Below, one piece after another: positions 52,146-64,000 of a DNA stretch of 64,000 nucleotides. The position numbers and the translations under genes are program-made. Source of the stretch: Perna viridis (taxonomy: Eukaryota); NCBI GenBank assembly GCA_037379345.1, contig CM074511.1:51714862-51778861 (forward strand), given 5' to 3'. Every line of letters begins with the position of its first letter. The first letter of the stretch is position 1. The notes below the pieces were generated by a model, which was not told the DNA's origin, did no database searches, and worked only from the letters and a program-made list of their open reading frames with translations.

Positions 52146-52434
52146 CAAGGGCGGGTTCAGGCGGGGGCGTGGCGGGCGTGCGCCCCCTAAAGTTTGCAAA
52201 GCATGAGTTGTCAGGGATAGATTATGAAGGGAGGGAGAAGTCACTTTTCCTATTCACTGAATCATAGATTATGCCCTGAGATTTAGACGGTTTTAGGTTG
52301 AAACTTTAATTTCTCGATAATTTTACCAAAAAGATATCTACATTGCACCCACTCTAGAAGAATATTTAAAAAAAATAACCTCAAGAAATTTTAACTGTGC
52401 GCCCCCCTAATCTAACATCCTGGATCCGCCTCTG
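52146..52434 (-). mobile_element. Second copy of the 31120-31373 MITE, with a ~60-bp internal insertion
   Basis: Shared blocks (ggttttaggttgaaactttaat, aagatatctaca); tatgc flanks both ends. Related degenerate ends at about 18450-18608, 25225-25360, 43040-43110 and 49800-49932. Confidence 0.8.
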
Positions 52435-53544
52435 TATGCCATCGTCAATAAGCAAAGTTCATTTCATCTTCAGCTTCCGATGTCACGAGGCGGTAACCGT
52501 AATAAAATGTACGATATGGTGATTGATAGATCAGGATGGTTTCGTGGGTAATGCTACCCTTTTGTTATAATTTAGCAAAAAATGAGCGGCAAATAATAGC
52601 CTGGAACAGGAAGTGTAGTCCCTGTCTGGAATCTCTTTCTTTATATGTTTCTTGATCGGAACCACTGCCCCTTTTGTAAATATATGGATCTGCAAAGCCC
52701 TGCATGAAATATCTAAAACAGCTCTTCCAATTGGTAGTCAACATTGTTCTTTTTCATTTTTATGATCGATGACTATTTATAATCTCGCATGGTTTTCATT
52801 TCAAGCTTAACATCATATGGTTTATTAGGTAACTTGTTTATAAATATATACATTTCATATGATATAATGAACGATTAGTTAATTCGGGTAAATGAATAGA
52901 AGTACATGAAAACAGGTACTGATGAGGTTAGAGGTCAGCTATTTTGATTGGATCGTTGTTAATACAAACCAAATTAATCAGTACATTTAGTTCGCAGTAA
53001 AAGTTGTTTATTGGTTTAAATAGCATAAAATTAAATGTGATGTATTAAAATACCTTTAAAGTGGACCTAACAATTTGCATTTGAACCTCTATAGGGTATG
53101 CCAATGGGACTATTTTCCTGCGGTAGTGTAAGATAATTGCAGATGCTAACAGGCTTCACAAATCTAAATGCTCTGGCGACTGCTATATCAATTCTGTTTT
53201 TCGATCTAAATTGATAAAAATCGTTCTGCAGTATGTAAACGCACTTTGTACATTTGTCATCAATCCTATTTCGCCTATTGCCTGTGTGTCACAGCTATGG
53301 CACAATCTTCATTACAAGATTTGCTGATAATTAGAAAACACAAAAGCTGTTTTTCACGCGTCTTACAAGTGACGTTTGTGTTCGATGCAAACCGTCTTAA
53401 AACATCCCATATTTTTATCCTTATCAAAAAAGTGGTAAACATAAATGATAGCACGGTACAAATCTTTTTTTGCTTCTGTTATTAGGTTCGTTGTCGATGG
53501 AAATAGTGATGGATAAATAAAGTCAAATAAAGAGCAGATCAGTT

Positions 53545-53722
53545 AGGGAACTACCACTTGATTTTTAGGGGAGCTAGGATAAAATTTGCAAAAAAGGCAG
53601 GATCTATTTTTGTCCTAATTTTTTTTTCGTTGGCGCCAAAGAAAAGATGGCAGGATCTAAATTTTCCCAAAATGCAGAAAATTTGATCATAGCCGCCCCA
53701 TAAAAATCAAATGGTTGCTCCC
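53545..53722. mobile_element. MITE with GGG...CCC TIRs
   Basis: gggaactaccacttgatttttagggg / ccccataaaaatcaaatggttgctccc. Confidence 0.7.
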
Positions 53723-54698
53723 GTGTACCTCTCAAAGGAAGGCCTCTTTTGAAAAAAAAAAAAATAAAATAACGTAAATGTAGCCTTTGTATTGTTTTCT
53801 GCGATCTTTAACTCTTTATTACTGACATGTAACAATCAGATGGACTTCCTGTTTTTATAGACATGTGTCATATAAACAACGAGCAAGTCATGTGTTGCTA
53901 CCAACTATAAACTTTGAAACAAATTCTGAAGAAAATAATACTTAGACACTTTCCTGAACAAAGCAACTGTTTATGGAACATATCTCTCTAAACATTGATA
54001 TACAAAGTTTATCTATATTTTTTTTACATAAAAAATATCACAGAGATAAGGGAATTTTGAGTCCACTTAAGTCTAAGTAGAAAATTTACTTAAATTTTTT
54101 TTGCACATATTTAATTACAAGTTTGAAGTAAAATATTTGTGGTATATTATTGGTTCAATAATTAATATGTATAAAATTATGATAAAATAATGAAAATAAA
54201 TTAAAATGAGAAACTTATGATAGTTTGAACATGTTGTGTATGTCGTGTGCTTTCTGAGATTACTGTGGAACACTTTGGTCATTAAATCATAACTTTGATT
54301 ACATGAATTTTTTTATCTAATCAATAGATTAATTATTAATTAACCCATGTAAATATCATATTAATCCAATCAACAAAAACATTATGGTGTATAATTAGCT
54401 TATGATGGTCATGACTTGACAGAACAGGTAAAGCGCCCTTCAAAGTGTGATCAATATAGAAAATATTCAATATGACATTTAAAAAATTAAGTTCAATACT
54501 CGGTCGTCGGAAATTTCCGTCAGTGTTGTTCGGCAATTTACGTAGATAGTTTATAGTTACAACTTGACAACGGGTAAAATATTTATCATTATTCTGATAA
54601 GAACAATTGAAACTTTAAATCGGATTGTTTTGGTGTCGTTAAATACTTCTCCGATTTCATCGAAATTTCATTCGAACTTTCTTGGCCACAGAACAAAG

Positions 54699-55050
54699 AT
54701 GGGATGCAAACAGTCTAAACTTGCAGGCAGAATTCAACCAGTAGGACCAGCTAGAGATAAAACAGACAATACTAAAAGACACCGGGGAGAAGTACAAATT
54801 GATGACAAAACAGGAAAGAAAATTAGAAAAACAAAATCACAGACAAGCAAAGGGTTTGGATCGAGCGTGAGCTTAGATGAGGACAGATCATTAGCAGATT
54901 CTGATCGAGGATTTTCAGCTCAGTCTAAATTTTCAAAACAGAGCGGTGATTCTGGATTAGAAGCCGACTACGCCTTCGTCATCACAGAGGATTCTGATCC
55001 TGATAAAGTCAGAACAGTTGAGCACGAATTCACCAATAATGAAAATCTAG
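54699..55050 (+). CDS. Stathmin-domain protein (STMND1/CCDC198-like), exon 1, N-terminus MGCKQSK
   Basis: aagATGg start; 352 nt open frame; gtaagt donor at 55051; MGC acylation motif. Confidence 0.88.
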
Positions 55051-55118
55051 GTAAGTGATTGAGTTTTAAAGTCAATGTTGTTTTTAAACTAATATCCCAC
55101 TGGAATGGAAAAAAAAAA

Positions 55119-55149
<31 letters not shown>

Positions 55150-55445
55150 AAAAACAAAATACACTAAACGTACACGAAAAGGGTTGGTGTTTAAAATTTA
55201 GTGCGTGGTAAATACATCATACAAAGAACCAAAAAACTCCATGAATATTGTAACGTTATAAAAAGTTTATTCGCATATTTTGTTAAAAACAACCTATAGC
55301 TTTTACAATTTCCCCACCATCTGAAATTATTGCTTTCCCTAAAATACTATCTAACAATCTAATGTTACATTTGATGGGAAATTGGTTTTTAGTATTCATT
55401 CTATTATTCATATAATGTATTATTCATTTCGTCATACTTTTTTAG

Positions 55446-55732
55446 ACTTGGCATTAACCGGAACACCATGTCCCGTGAGAACAAGTGCCAAAGACAGAGA
55501 GCGAATGGAGGAATCCATGATACTTCAGTCATTGAGGGAAGAAGGATTGATTACTCGACCAAAGAGGGAAAGCTCAAACTTCGCTACTTTTGAAATCGTA
55601 GCTGCTAATACTCCAGGTGATGCTAGGCCTCCGCCAAGGTTGGAAAAACTGGAAAAAAGAAGAAAAAAGAAAAAACAACTCACCGAGGAAGAAATCAAAG
55701 AAAAACTCGAACGGGCAGAGAGGCGAAAAAGG
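55446..55732 (+). CDS. Stathmin-domain protein, exon 2 (...ILQSLREEGLI...PPPRLEKLEKRRKKKKQLTEEEIKEKLERAERRKR)
   Basis: ttttag acceptor, gtaagc donor, phase 1-0; stathmin-like 'EEIxxKLxxAExRRK' motif. Confidence 0.9.
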
Positions 55733-55996
55733 GTAAGCACTATTGACAAGGAAAAAAAAGAAATGCTTTTTCTACCAAATAAAAAACACAAAAACAGCTA
55801 TCAATAAATGATAAGCTGTCAGAATAAAAATAGAGGACAAATTTACAGAAACCTTTATTTCCTCAACTTCAAATAAAAACGCATACATTAAAATAAAATT
55901 TATCTAAACAAATGCATGAAGGTCACCTTAAGCTACTCATATCTCACGTCTGAATATTTTCGCCTGTGATTTATTCGAAATAATTTTTGTTTACAG

Positions 55997-56284
55997 AAAA
56001 AGGAAGAGGAGAGATTGGCTAAAATTAAAGAACTTGAAAAATCCAACACAAATACGTGTCTTAACTTATTTATGGAAATGCAAAAACAGAAAGAAGAAAC
56101 TGTGCATAAAAAACTGGACACTGCCGCTGAAAATAAAGAAAAGAAATTACAAGAATTGAAGGCAAAACAATTGGAGCGCGAAAGACGAGCAGAGAAAGTC
56201 AGACAACGTAAGCAGCTAGCATTAATGGAAAAAGAAGGACAAGAAGAAAGTGCTATACCAATAGGAAACCAGTTAGAGTTTTGA
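55997..56284 (+). CDS. Stathmin-domain protein, exon 3 (coiled coil, AAENKEKKLQELKAKQLERERRAEKVRQRK; stop); total 308 aa
   Basis: tttacag acceptor, phase 0, TGA at 56282-56284; second stathmin repeat. Confidence 0.9.
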   Translation, partial: KKEEERLAKIKELEKSNTNTCLNLFMEMQKQKEETVHKKLDTAAENKEKKLQELKAKQLERERRAEKVRQRKQLALMEKEGQEESAIPIGNQLEF

Positions 56285-56545
56285 ATCATTTAGCCTTTCA
56301 GACTGTGGTAACATGAATTGATATTATATGGAATTCATAATTCCGAAAACGCGTCACCCCAAGAATCAATGACGCTGAGCGCTGTTTCAAGTGCGTACAT
56401 GCAGAACGCCCTAGATTCGTACAAGTTGGCATTTTTTTGTTTTTCCTATCTTTGTTCTGTCTCCAATCAGTATTATATCATCAGTATTTATACATCAGCA
56501 ATGTGTGTCGGAACAAAGTTGTTCTAGTTTTTGTTAGAAATTGTT

Positions 56546-56551
56546 AATAAA
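56546..56551 (+). terminator. Probable polyadenylation signal of the stathmin-domain gene
   Basis: AATAAA about 260 nt after the stop codon, followed by a T-rich tract. Confidence 0.55.
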
Positions 56552-59018
56552 AACATAAGAAAAGATATGCTTTTTATTTTGGAGAAAGCTGACCTAATAT
56601 ACATTAATATACATAATCTTCTAACGGGAGCACAATTGCCTAACAGTATTAATTAGTTTATTGTTCGAGACCAAATCCATATAGATTTAATCTATATTAA
56701 TACTGTTAAAAAACACTATAATTAAAGTACGATTCTAATCCTTATAAGGTCGTGTTCTTAAAAAACCTACATGTAACTAAGCTCACTGAAAGGCTGTATT
56801 GTGTAACCGATACCCGTTAAAAGACTTCTATTTTTGAAATATATATATATCAGAATTCATGATCAAATAATAAATCAGAAGTATAATAACAAATATCATT
56901 AAGAAAGGTTATTGAAACCTGAACAAACTTATCGCAACTTTCGACATGGTTGTATTATTGAAAAAAAATACCATGACATATCAACATAAAGGATATTTTA
57001 AAGTAATCTAAGTTCAATAAAAATACGTTTACATCGTTCATCAAATTTTGCCCATTAAATTAAGGGTAACTTACTTAGGTGGTACGATGTACAAAATGAT
57101 GAAGATAAAAAAAATCAGGAACATAACCCATATGATTGAAAACATGGTAATGAACTACATGGAAACGAGTCATACTATATTTAAACGTTGTTTTTCAAAA
57201 AAAATGTAAGATCAAATACAATCTTTCACATGTCACATTTGAATTGTAATTATTTTTGAGAATACCGATGACTTTTTGTATCATTCTATTTCATATTGAA
57301 AAAAAAAGAAAAGAAAAGAAAACACAGGACCCTTAAATAGCCTATCCCTCCTTTTTATTTCAAATTTCATCCGAGCTACTTATAAAAACAAATGTTGGTC
57401 ACCTCAAGAATATATATTTTTTGACTGGTTGTAAAGGACTACATGTACAACATTATTTCAATCCATATACTCGAAGTATCAATCATTAACTAAGCGCTGA
57501 AATGAAATTCGTACCAAGGAACTACTTCAAAAATGTGTACAATGTGTATCAAGTTCCAAAGCTTTTCCCAAATTACGGTTTCACACCTATATAATACGAT
57601 CTAGAAAATTATATTGAGAAAAGGGGGAGGGTTTCCAGGGTACCATATGCTCAATTTTGCATAAAATTAACGTTTTCTAACAGAAGTAGGATTCTGACTC
57701 CTGAAGACCCCCCTTCTGGGATACAATGTAACAGAATACACATCTTTACTATGATCTAAACGCAAGTTAATTTATAAAGGTTAACCAGTGAAATAGGCAC
57801 ATTATGGCACCTGCTAAATAAAATTTAAATAAATAATCCATCATTAAACCCCACACGACTGTATAGAATTAAACCACCTTAAAAACCCCTAACATGTTTA
57901 AGCGACGCCGCGCAAAACTTAAATCAACAAGCCAAAATACTGTCTACATTAGAGTGCATAAGTGTTTCTGAGTAAAATTTTAACATAAGAATCAAATAAT
58001 GTAAAATAAATGTTTTACGAACAATTAACGTCTATTTACTGTATGTCTGTGTTTGTGATAATTCAATAGCCCCTTTGTTTACACTGTATAATAAGCAGTC
58101 AAAAAAAATGTTAAGTATACCAGTGACGTCAACTCTTTCAGTAATGTTTCAATCCTTTCCCGTATAAAATTAAAATAAGCCCTTTCGGGTCCTTTGAAAA
58201 GTTATAATGATTCTTCAAAAGAATGTCCACTATGATAAAAAAATGTCTAATTAGAATAGTGGGTGTATAAGTGTAAGTCCTCATCAATGTATAGCAACAA
58301 AATGTCACATTCTTTGTTTGATTAAAATCAATGTTGGTGTTCAGTTTATTTAAAAATCTAAACCTGTCAGTAACACTTGGTAAAACAGAGGGTTCCTTTG
58401 ACACTAAATGTTGTAGTCCTAAATCATATCAATATTGCATACACAAATTTATATCCAGACATTAATTCGTATGAAAAATGAAGACAGGGCGTTTCAAGGC
58501 ATGTTCCCGCGGCAAACCTACTATAATAAATGTTGCATTTCAAATGTTACATCGAATTAAAAAAAAAATCATACTACAATATTCAACATATTAATCTAGG
58601 TTTAAGGCAGTACTTAGTCAGCATAAGCTGATACCGGGAATGAAATAAATAATACCAAACATTTGATAGCAGAGCATTGAATGCACAGTGACCGTAAAGA
58701 CACTTTCATAAGGATATAATATTCCTGTCCCTAAGAACAACCAATGCTTCAAAAATCAAAGTCTCTAAACTATAATTTAGTCTTTTAATCTACCTATAAA
58801 GTACCAACATAGCAGTATTCTAGTGCTGAGGAAGATGATAGAAAAGAAACTATAACTGCAATATTTTGTATCACATTTATTTTATACGTTCTATAACAAA
58901 ACAGAATAACAACCAAATGGATTTGTATACAAATAATAATCTATGACAAAAAGCACATATAATCAATGATATTACTATTGCACTTTTAACATTCACACCA
59001 CTCAGGAATGCATAACAG

Positions 59019-59146
59019 TAACCAGAAGAGGAAGATATATAAAACTGAGTCAAATTCTAGTACCTACGGTCTGTCACATTCCTAACCAGAAGAGGAAGAT
59101 ATATAAAACTGAGTCAAATTCTAGTACCTACGGTCTGTCACATTCC
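59019..59146. repeat. Exact 64-bp tandem duplication (2 copies)
   Basis: taaccagaagagg...ctgtcacattcc starts at 59019 and again at 59083. Confidence 0.95.
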
Positions 59147-60039
59147 ATGCCTTCACATAAAACCAAGACAAATGTACCAAGTACTCTACAATTACATTTT
59201 TTTATATCTATAATTTAATGCACCAATAATCTGAATAAATATATACTAATTCTTCTAAAAGCTATCATTTCATATAGGTTTGTTATTTAACAATTCATTA
59301 TAGTGAAATGGAAAAGATACCCTAAGAAGGTGAAAAGCGTGGAAATGTTAATTACAATATACTCTTCTTCTCGCATCGATATTTTCTCCCTTTTACCTCA
59401 ACAATAAAACCACAAAATGCAATCACTTGGCCACATACATTTCTAAGTATTGCTGGTGATAATGAATACTTTAAAATCATTTTGAATCCCTGCTTTGTAT
59501 TAACTCAAGTTATAGGTAGCTCTTTGACTTATTGATATGATGCACATTATAGTACAAGAACTTGAGATTTAGTATGGAACATAAATCTTCAATACAGATA
59601 AAGTACTATTAACCTATTCTACCTATATCTAAAACATAACTTCATTGAATATATTATTTAAATACCACAATTATTTATGCATGACATAATACACTTATAA
59701 AAGAGAGGTATAAGGCTGATTTATCACCAATATCTTCAGTAAAACATGAAACTTTCATTAGATTTAAGAATATTACATCATTTGACCTCACTTCACATTA
59801 GACCAAGATATCAACTAGTATATTACAAATATACTCCATTAAATTGGCATGATAAGGCATGGTTAGTCAATGGTTGATTCATTTTGGAATATTCCTTTAT
59901 ATAAAGTTAAACAGAACTTATAGATTGTTCAGTGTAATTTACCAGTCTATATAGCTCTTCCTAATGTTCTCAATATCATATTCTGATATTAAAACAATTT
60001 TTGTTCTCTTACAGGTTTCAGATATTATTTTCCCATGCC

Positions 60040-60135
60040 AGAACGCTAATGGCTACAAAGGGAGGTTTAGTTAGCCATAAAACCCGGTTTATCCCACCAT
60101 TTCACTTTGAAATGCCAGTACCAAATCAGGAACAC
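60040..60135 (+). mobile_element. SINE core fragment (Nin-domain-like)
   Basis: taaaacccggtttatcccaccattt...aaatgccagtaccaaatcaggaa resembles the Nin-SINE central domain (from memory). Confidence 0.5.
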
Positions 60136-62276
60136 AGTGGGTATATTCACTTTTCTGGTTTCTGATGTTACCAGTTCATGTATTATTTAATATTTCCCTC
60201 CGATCTGGTAATTACATTTTTTATCTGTTTTTCCATATAAAAGTACCTGACATTGTATCCAGACAATATAACAAATATTACTCCCTTCAGTTTCTGATTT
60301 TTTATCCTGATATAGGACAAATGTATTTTCCCCTTAAAATCCTGATAATATGGGCAATATTTTCCCTTAAAACCTTGATAATATCATATTCTTATGACAA
60401 CACTATTTTTCATCAAAATTGTTAATTCAAATCAACATTATCAATGCAACCAACTTTTACAAAAATTAAAACATACATTTTAGAATCTCCTCTCATTTTT
60501 ATAAAATACTAATGTTATTTGAATGGATTACACTTTTGAAGATGTAGAAAATATTTACACACAAACATACACATTCAGGGCATCCTTCAATTTGACAACA
60601 AATATTTGAAATACTTTGTGGTGCAACTATAAAGAATTCTTGGCAAGCTGTGTTAACCTTATCAATCTAATTGTTTTATCTTAGGGCTGGTAAATAATTC
60701 TTCCCAAATATTCCTGATATGAAAGTCAATGTGTACAACACTGAATTCAAGGGTCTCAAGAATTGTTAAATCTGTCATTGACCAAATAGACTATTCACTT
60801 AATGTGTTTTACTTTGAAGAATTCCTAAAACATGTGCAAGTACATTACAAATAAATGCTTTATAGAAAAAAATTATGATGGTAAGTTTAACACAGCAATG
60901 ATAAAATGCAACTCCTGGCAAACTTTCTAAACTACAGGTGGTTTATTAATGCAAAAAGATTGCATATACAGAGATACAGTATATAGCAAAACATAGATAT
61001 TTAAACTGAACCCAGAATAAGCCAGCACCCTGTCTTAGTAGAACATGGAGTCCATTTCTGTTAGTTTTAATGCATTTTGAACCTGTATAAAACTGAAAAA
61101 AAAAAAACTCCAGTCAAAAAGACAGGTTTCATTATATTTTAAACTAGAAGCTTTTTTATCTGCTTGTAAATCTAAAAATTGGTTATAAAACTGGGTATTG
61201 AGAGAAGTACCATTTTTCAAAAACTTTTACAGGCATTGTGAAACAGAGATTTCCCATATATATACCATCTGCTTATGCCTAAAGTATAAAGTATGGCATA
61301 CCATAGCCTTAAATAGAAAGAAAGAAGTAATGAGGAATATATCAAAGAGACTACACTCTATCAAGCACTGAAAAAAAAAACCCAGCTGTGGGCAGTCTAT
61401 GCACCTTCAATAGAAGAGCCAAGACAGTGATCTACATGTATATGTAGAAAATAATTGCTGGTTTCTGCTTTAAAATATAGAACAAAATCGTCACAACATT
61501 CAAAAATTTTGCTGAATTTCATTCTACTTAAAACTGTCATGTACAAGTATACATCAAACCAATCACACAAACCATCCACTAGTATACAAATAACATATCT
61601 ATATCTCAATCATATAGGTTCACAATAATACAATAATGTATTAAATAACTTAGAAGTGAATTACTGTCAATATGGTTAAAAACAAATACACATATCCAGT
61701 TCAAAGGTCATATAACGTTTGGGTTCTTTATTAGTTAACTTTAATTTTGAGCCAGAAAAAAAATATATATAGTTCTTTGAAAAAATTAAGAGACAGTTTT
61801 ATGCTCTTATTTCAACTTGTTAAGTTAAAAAACTTATTTGTTTAAGTTTGTATATACCTTCCCTTTGTATGATTGAAGTATATAAACCTGACAAAGAAAA
61901 CAGCTCATAACTCATCCAGCAGAATGTTATGGCAAATCATAGCATAACTGTGCTTAAACATTTGCCTGTACAAAAACTAAACCTATTGTAAAAAAAAAAA
62001 CAATGAAACAGTCATCTCAGTAACAAAATAAAAAAAATGTGGATGAACAGTATAAAAACTTCATTGTTCCAAAATGTCCAGGTTTAAAAAGCAAACATGT
62101 TTTTGACAGTTGCATAATGTGATACATAAATGTTCAACAAGGGCCAGACTAGGTCTCTGTTCATGTGGTTGTAGTAAATTTTGTACTTGATTGTGATGGG
62201 TGAATAGTCAATCTCTACTAAGTATTGTGTATGATGGTAATAGCCAATTTTTGACATGCTGGAAAAGTTAATCTGA

Positions 62277-62366
62277 TTATGTTGCGGCCCATATGATAAG
62301 TATCAGGAATATCAGTACGACCAAAACAACGACCAGTAGTATACACTTCTTTCTTCTGCTCTTCTT
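62277..62366 (-). CDS. Last coding exon of a syntaxin-7/12-like Qa-SNARE (KKSRRKKCILLVVVLVVLIFLILIIWAAT*)
   Basis: ttgacag acceptor; basic juxtamembrane stretch, Cys and a C-terminal TM helix ending 'IIW', as in STX7/STX12; upstream exons lie beyond the window. Confidence 0.82.
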   Translation of the reverse strand, partial: KKSRRKKCILLVVVLVVLIFLILIIWAAT

Positions 62367-63160
62367 CTGTCAATATAAAACATAGATTGTAACACTTTAT
62401 CTTATTGTTTCAATGGCAACAAATAAGCAGTTTGGATGCAGATAAAATGAATCATTCAAAACAAAACTGATAAAACATGCAGGAAACAGTAGTACATTGT
62501 ATAATGAAAGATTTGAATCAAACATAATTTTTTTTAAGTTACATAGTGATGAATAGAGAAGGGTCTTTGAACCATAATAAAAAACAAAAAACAAAAAAAA
62601 CAAATACAAATACAACTAATTGTTCAAGGAAAACTAAGTTGCTTTAAATATCATAGCACTATTAAAGGCAGTTTAAGTAAACTTCAGTAGACAGTTTAGA
62701 AAACTCTGAAATTGTAACTTGAGTAGATTATGGTTGCATTTTTGTGGCACAAATGTTTAACTATACACAATAATCAAACTATCTAAAACTTCTTTCAACA
62801 TGTAAGTATAGTTTTGTCTTCATTATTTACTAATTAAAAAACATGAAGTAGTTGAATCATACCTTTTACTTATTTGAATAAACTGCAATTAAAATAATCG
62901 CAACAACTGCAATTACTACCAGTACTATAACCAAACATATACATTTTTTTCGTCGTGCTTTCGACTGAAATTAAATAAAACTAAATGGTAAAACTAAAAC
63001 AAAGAAAACATGTAACACAAAGGGCAGAAATAAATTAAGGAACAAAACAAAAAAATAAAGATCAACAAAGAGTACATAAAACATAGAATATATTTGTCTG
63101 CCTACCTCATTGGTTTTGATTAAATTAAGCATGCATACTTTCCTTAAACTTAAGGCTCTC

Positions 63161-63859
63161 AAACTCAGAAGCCTGAATCACTCACCTGGTTCACCTTTTG
63201 TCTTTCAAGGGCAATAACTCTAGATACGAGTCATCCTACAACTTCTACACAAAAAAAACTATCATATGGATCATTACAACAACCCAATGTTTTTTTCCTA
63301 TTTACTATAGTTTTCAAAATATTGGATAAAATCTTAAAAAGTAAAACCATAATTTTTGGCTTATGCTAACAAGGAGTCCCACAACCATGACTCAGTGGAG
63401 ACTTCTGTAGGCCATATCATAAGTATAATTTAATCAATTGAACGTTTTTTCTATCTCCTCCAGTTTTTGAGATGTTAGCTAAAAACTGCAAAAATCATTT
63501 TTGGCCTTTCAAGGGCAATAACTCTAAGTGTTGTTCAACGACTTCCACCTAATGGAGACTTTTGTACAACTCTCCAAGCTGAAGAAGGGATATCACATTT
63601 TTTCCAGTATCTCATACAGTTTTTGATAAATATGTAGAAGTTGGTGACTTGACTGGTGTTGTCTAAAATAGCAACCATGGCCATGTTTTACCCTTGATGA
63701 ATATAATCAACAATTATCAAAGTAGAAACCCTAATGATGCTGGTGACTAAGTCGGGTAATTATCCATGAAGAAGATTTTAAAAGTAAATTCAACCACCAC
63801 AAGAACAGACTCCAAAGAGATGGCAATAGCACACATGGCTTTAGACCAGGTGAGCTAAA
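63161..63859 (-). mobile_element. Non-autonomous Helentron-type element of similar design, opposite orientation, in the syntaxin intron
   Basis: ctcacctgg ... gatggcaatagcacacatggc..ccaggtgagctaaa is the reverse complement of the 48051 element start. Confidence 0.75.
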
Positions 63860-64000
63860 GACCAACTTTCATAACCTTGTTTGGTGAGTAAGGAAAGGGT
63901 AAACATTTGGTAATTTCTATCACAAGTTTTAAGGTATTCTGTTCAATAAATACTGAGCAACATCAATATTTTAAAAAAAGGCAAAAATTACAACAAAGAG

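Noticed and set aside
55525-56289. Minus-strand ORFs of 88 and 118 aa
   Set aside because: Antisense shadows of the Lys/Glu-rich stathmin-domain exons.

Overview
AT-rich eukaryotic (metazoan) genomic DNA with spliceosomal GT-AG introns. The repeat families look bivalve, probably Mytilus-like (from recollection, not a search). Most ORFs in the supplied track are spurious. By manual exon reading the window holds: (1) the 5' part of a PDE10A-like cyclic-nucleotide phosphodiesterase gene on the - strand (ATG 46456; about 20 phase-consistent exons for the N-terminus, GAF-A, GAF-B and the start of the catalytic region; continues past position 1); (2) a complete divergent 3-exon gene for a 308-aa MGC-acylated stathmin-domain protein (STMND1/CCDC198-like) at 54699-56284 (+); (3) the last, transmembrane-coding exon of a syntaxin-7/12-like gene at 62277-62366 (-). 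Introns carry many MITEs, Helentron-like and SINE-like fragments and minisatellites. Most notable: a pair of homologous 51-nt mutually exclusive exons for the GAF-A C-terminal helix of PDE10A, with Rbfox UGCAUG motifs in switch geometry. Also notable are frame-preserving microexons (one NLS-like), an unexplained ~330-nt multi-hairpin intronic element whose G-U pairs favour the - strand, and a sharp CpG-depletion boundary near 30.4 kb.
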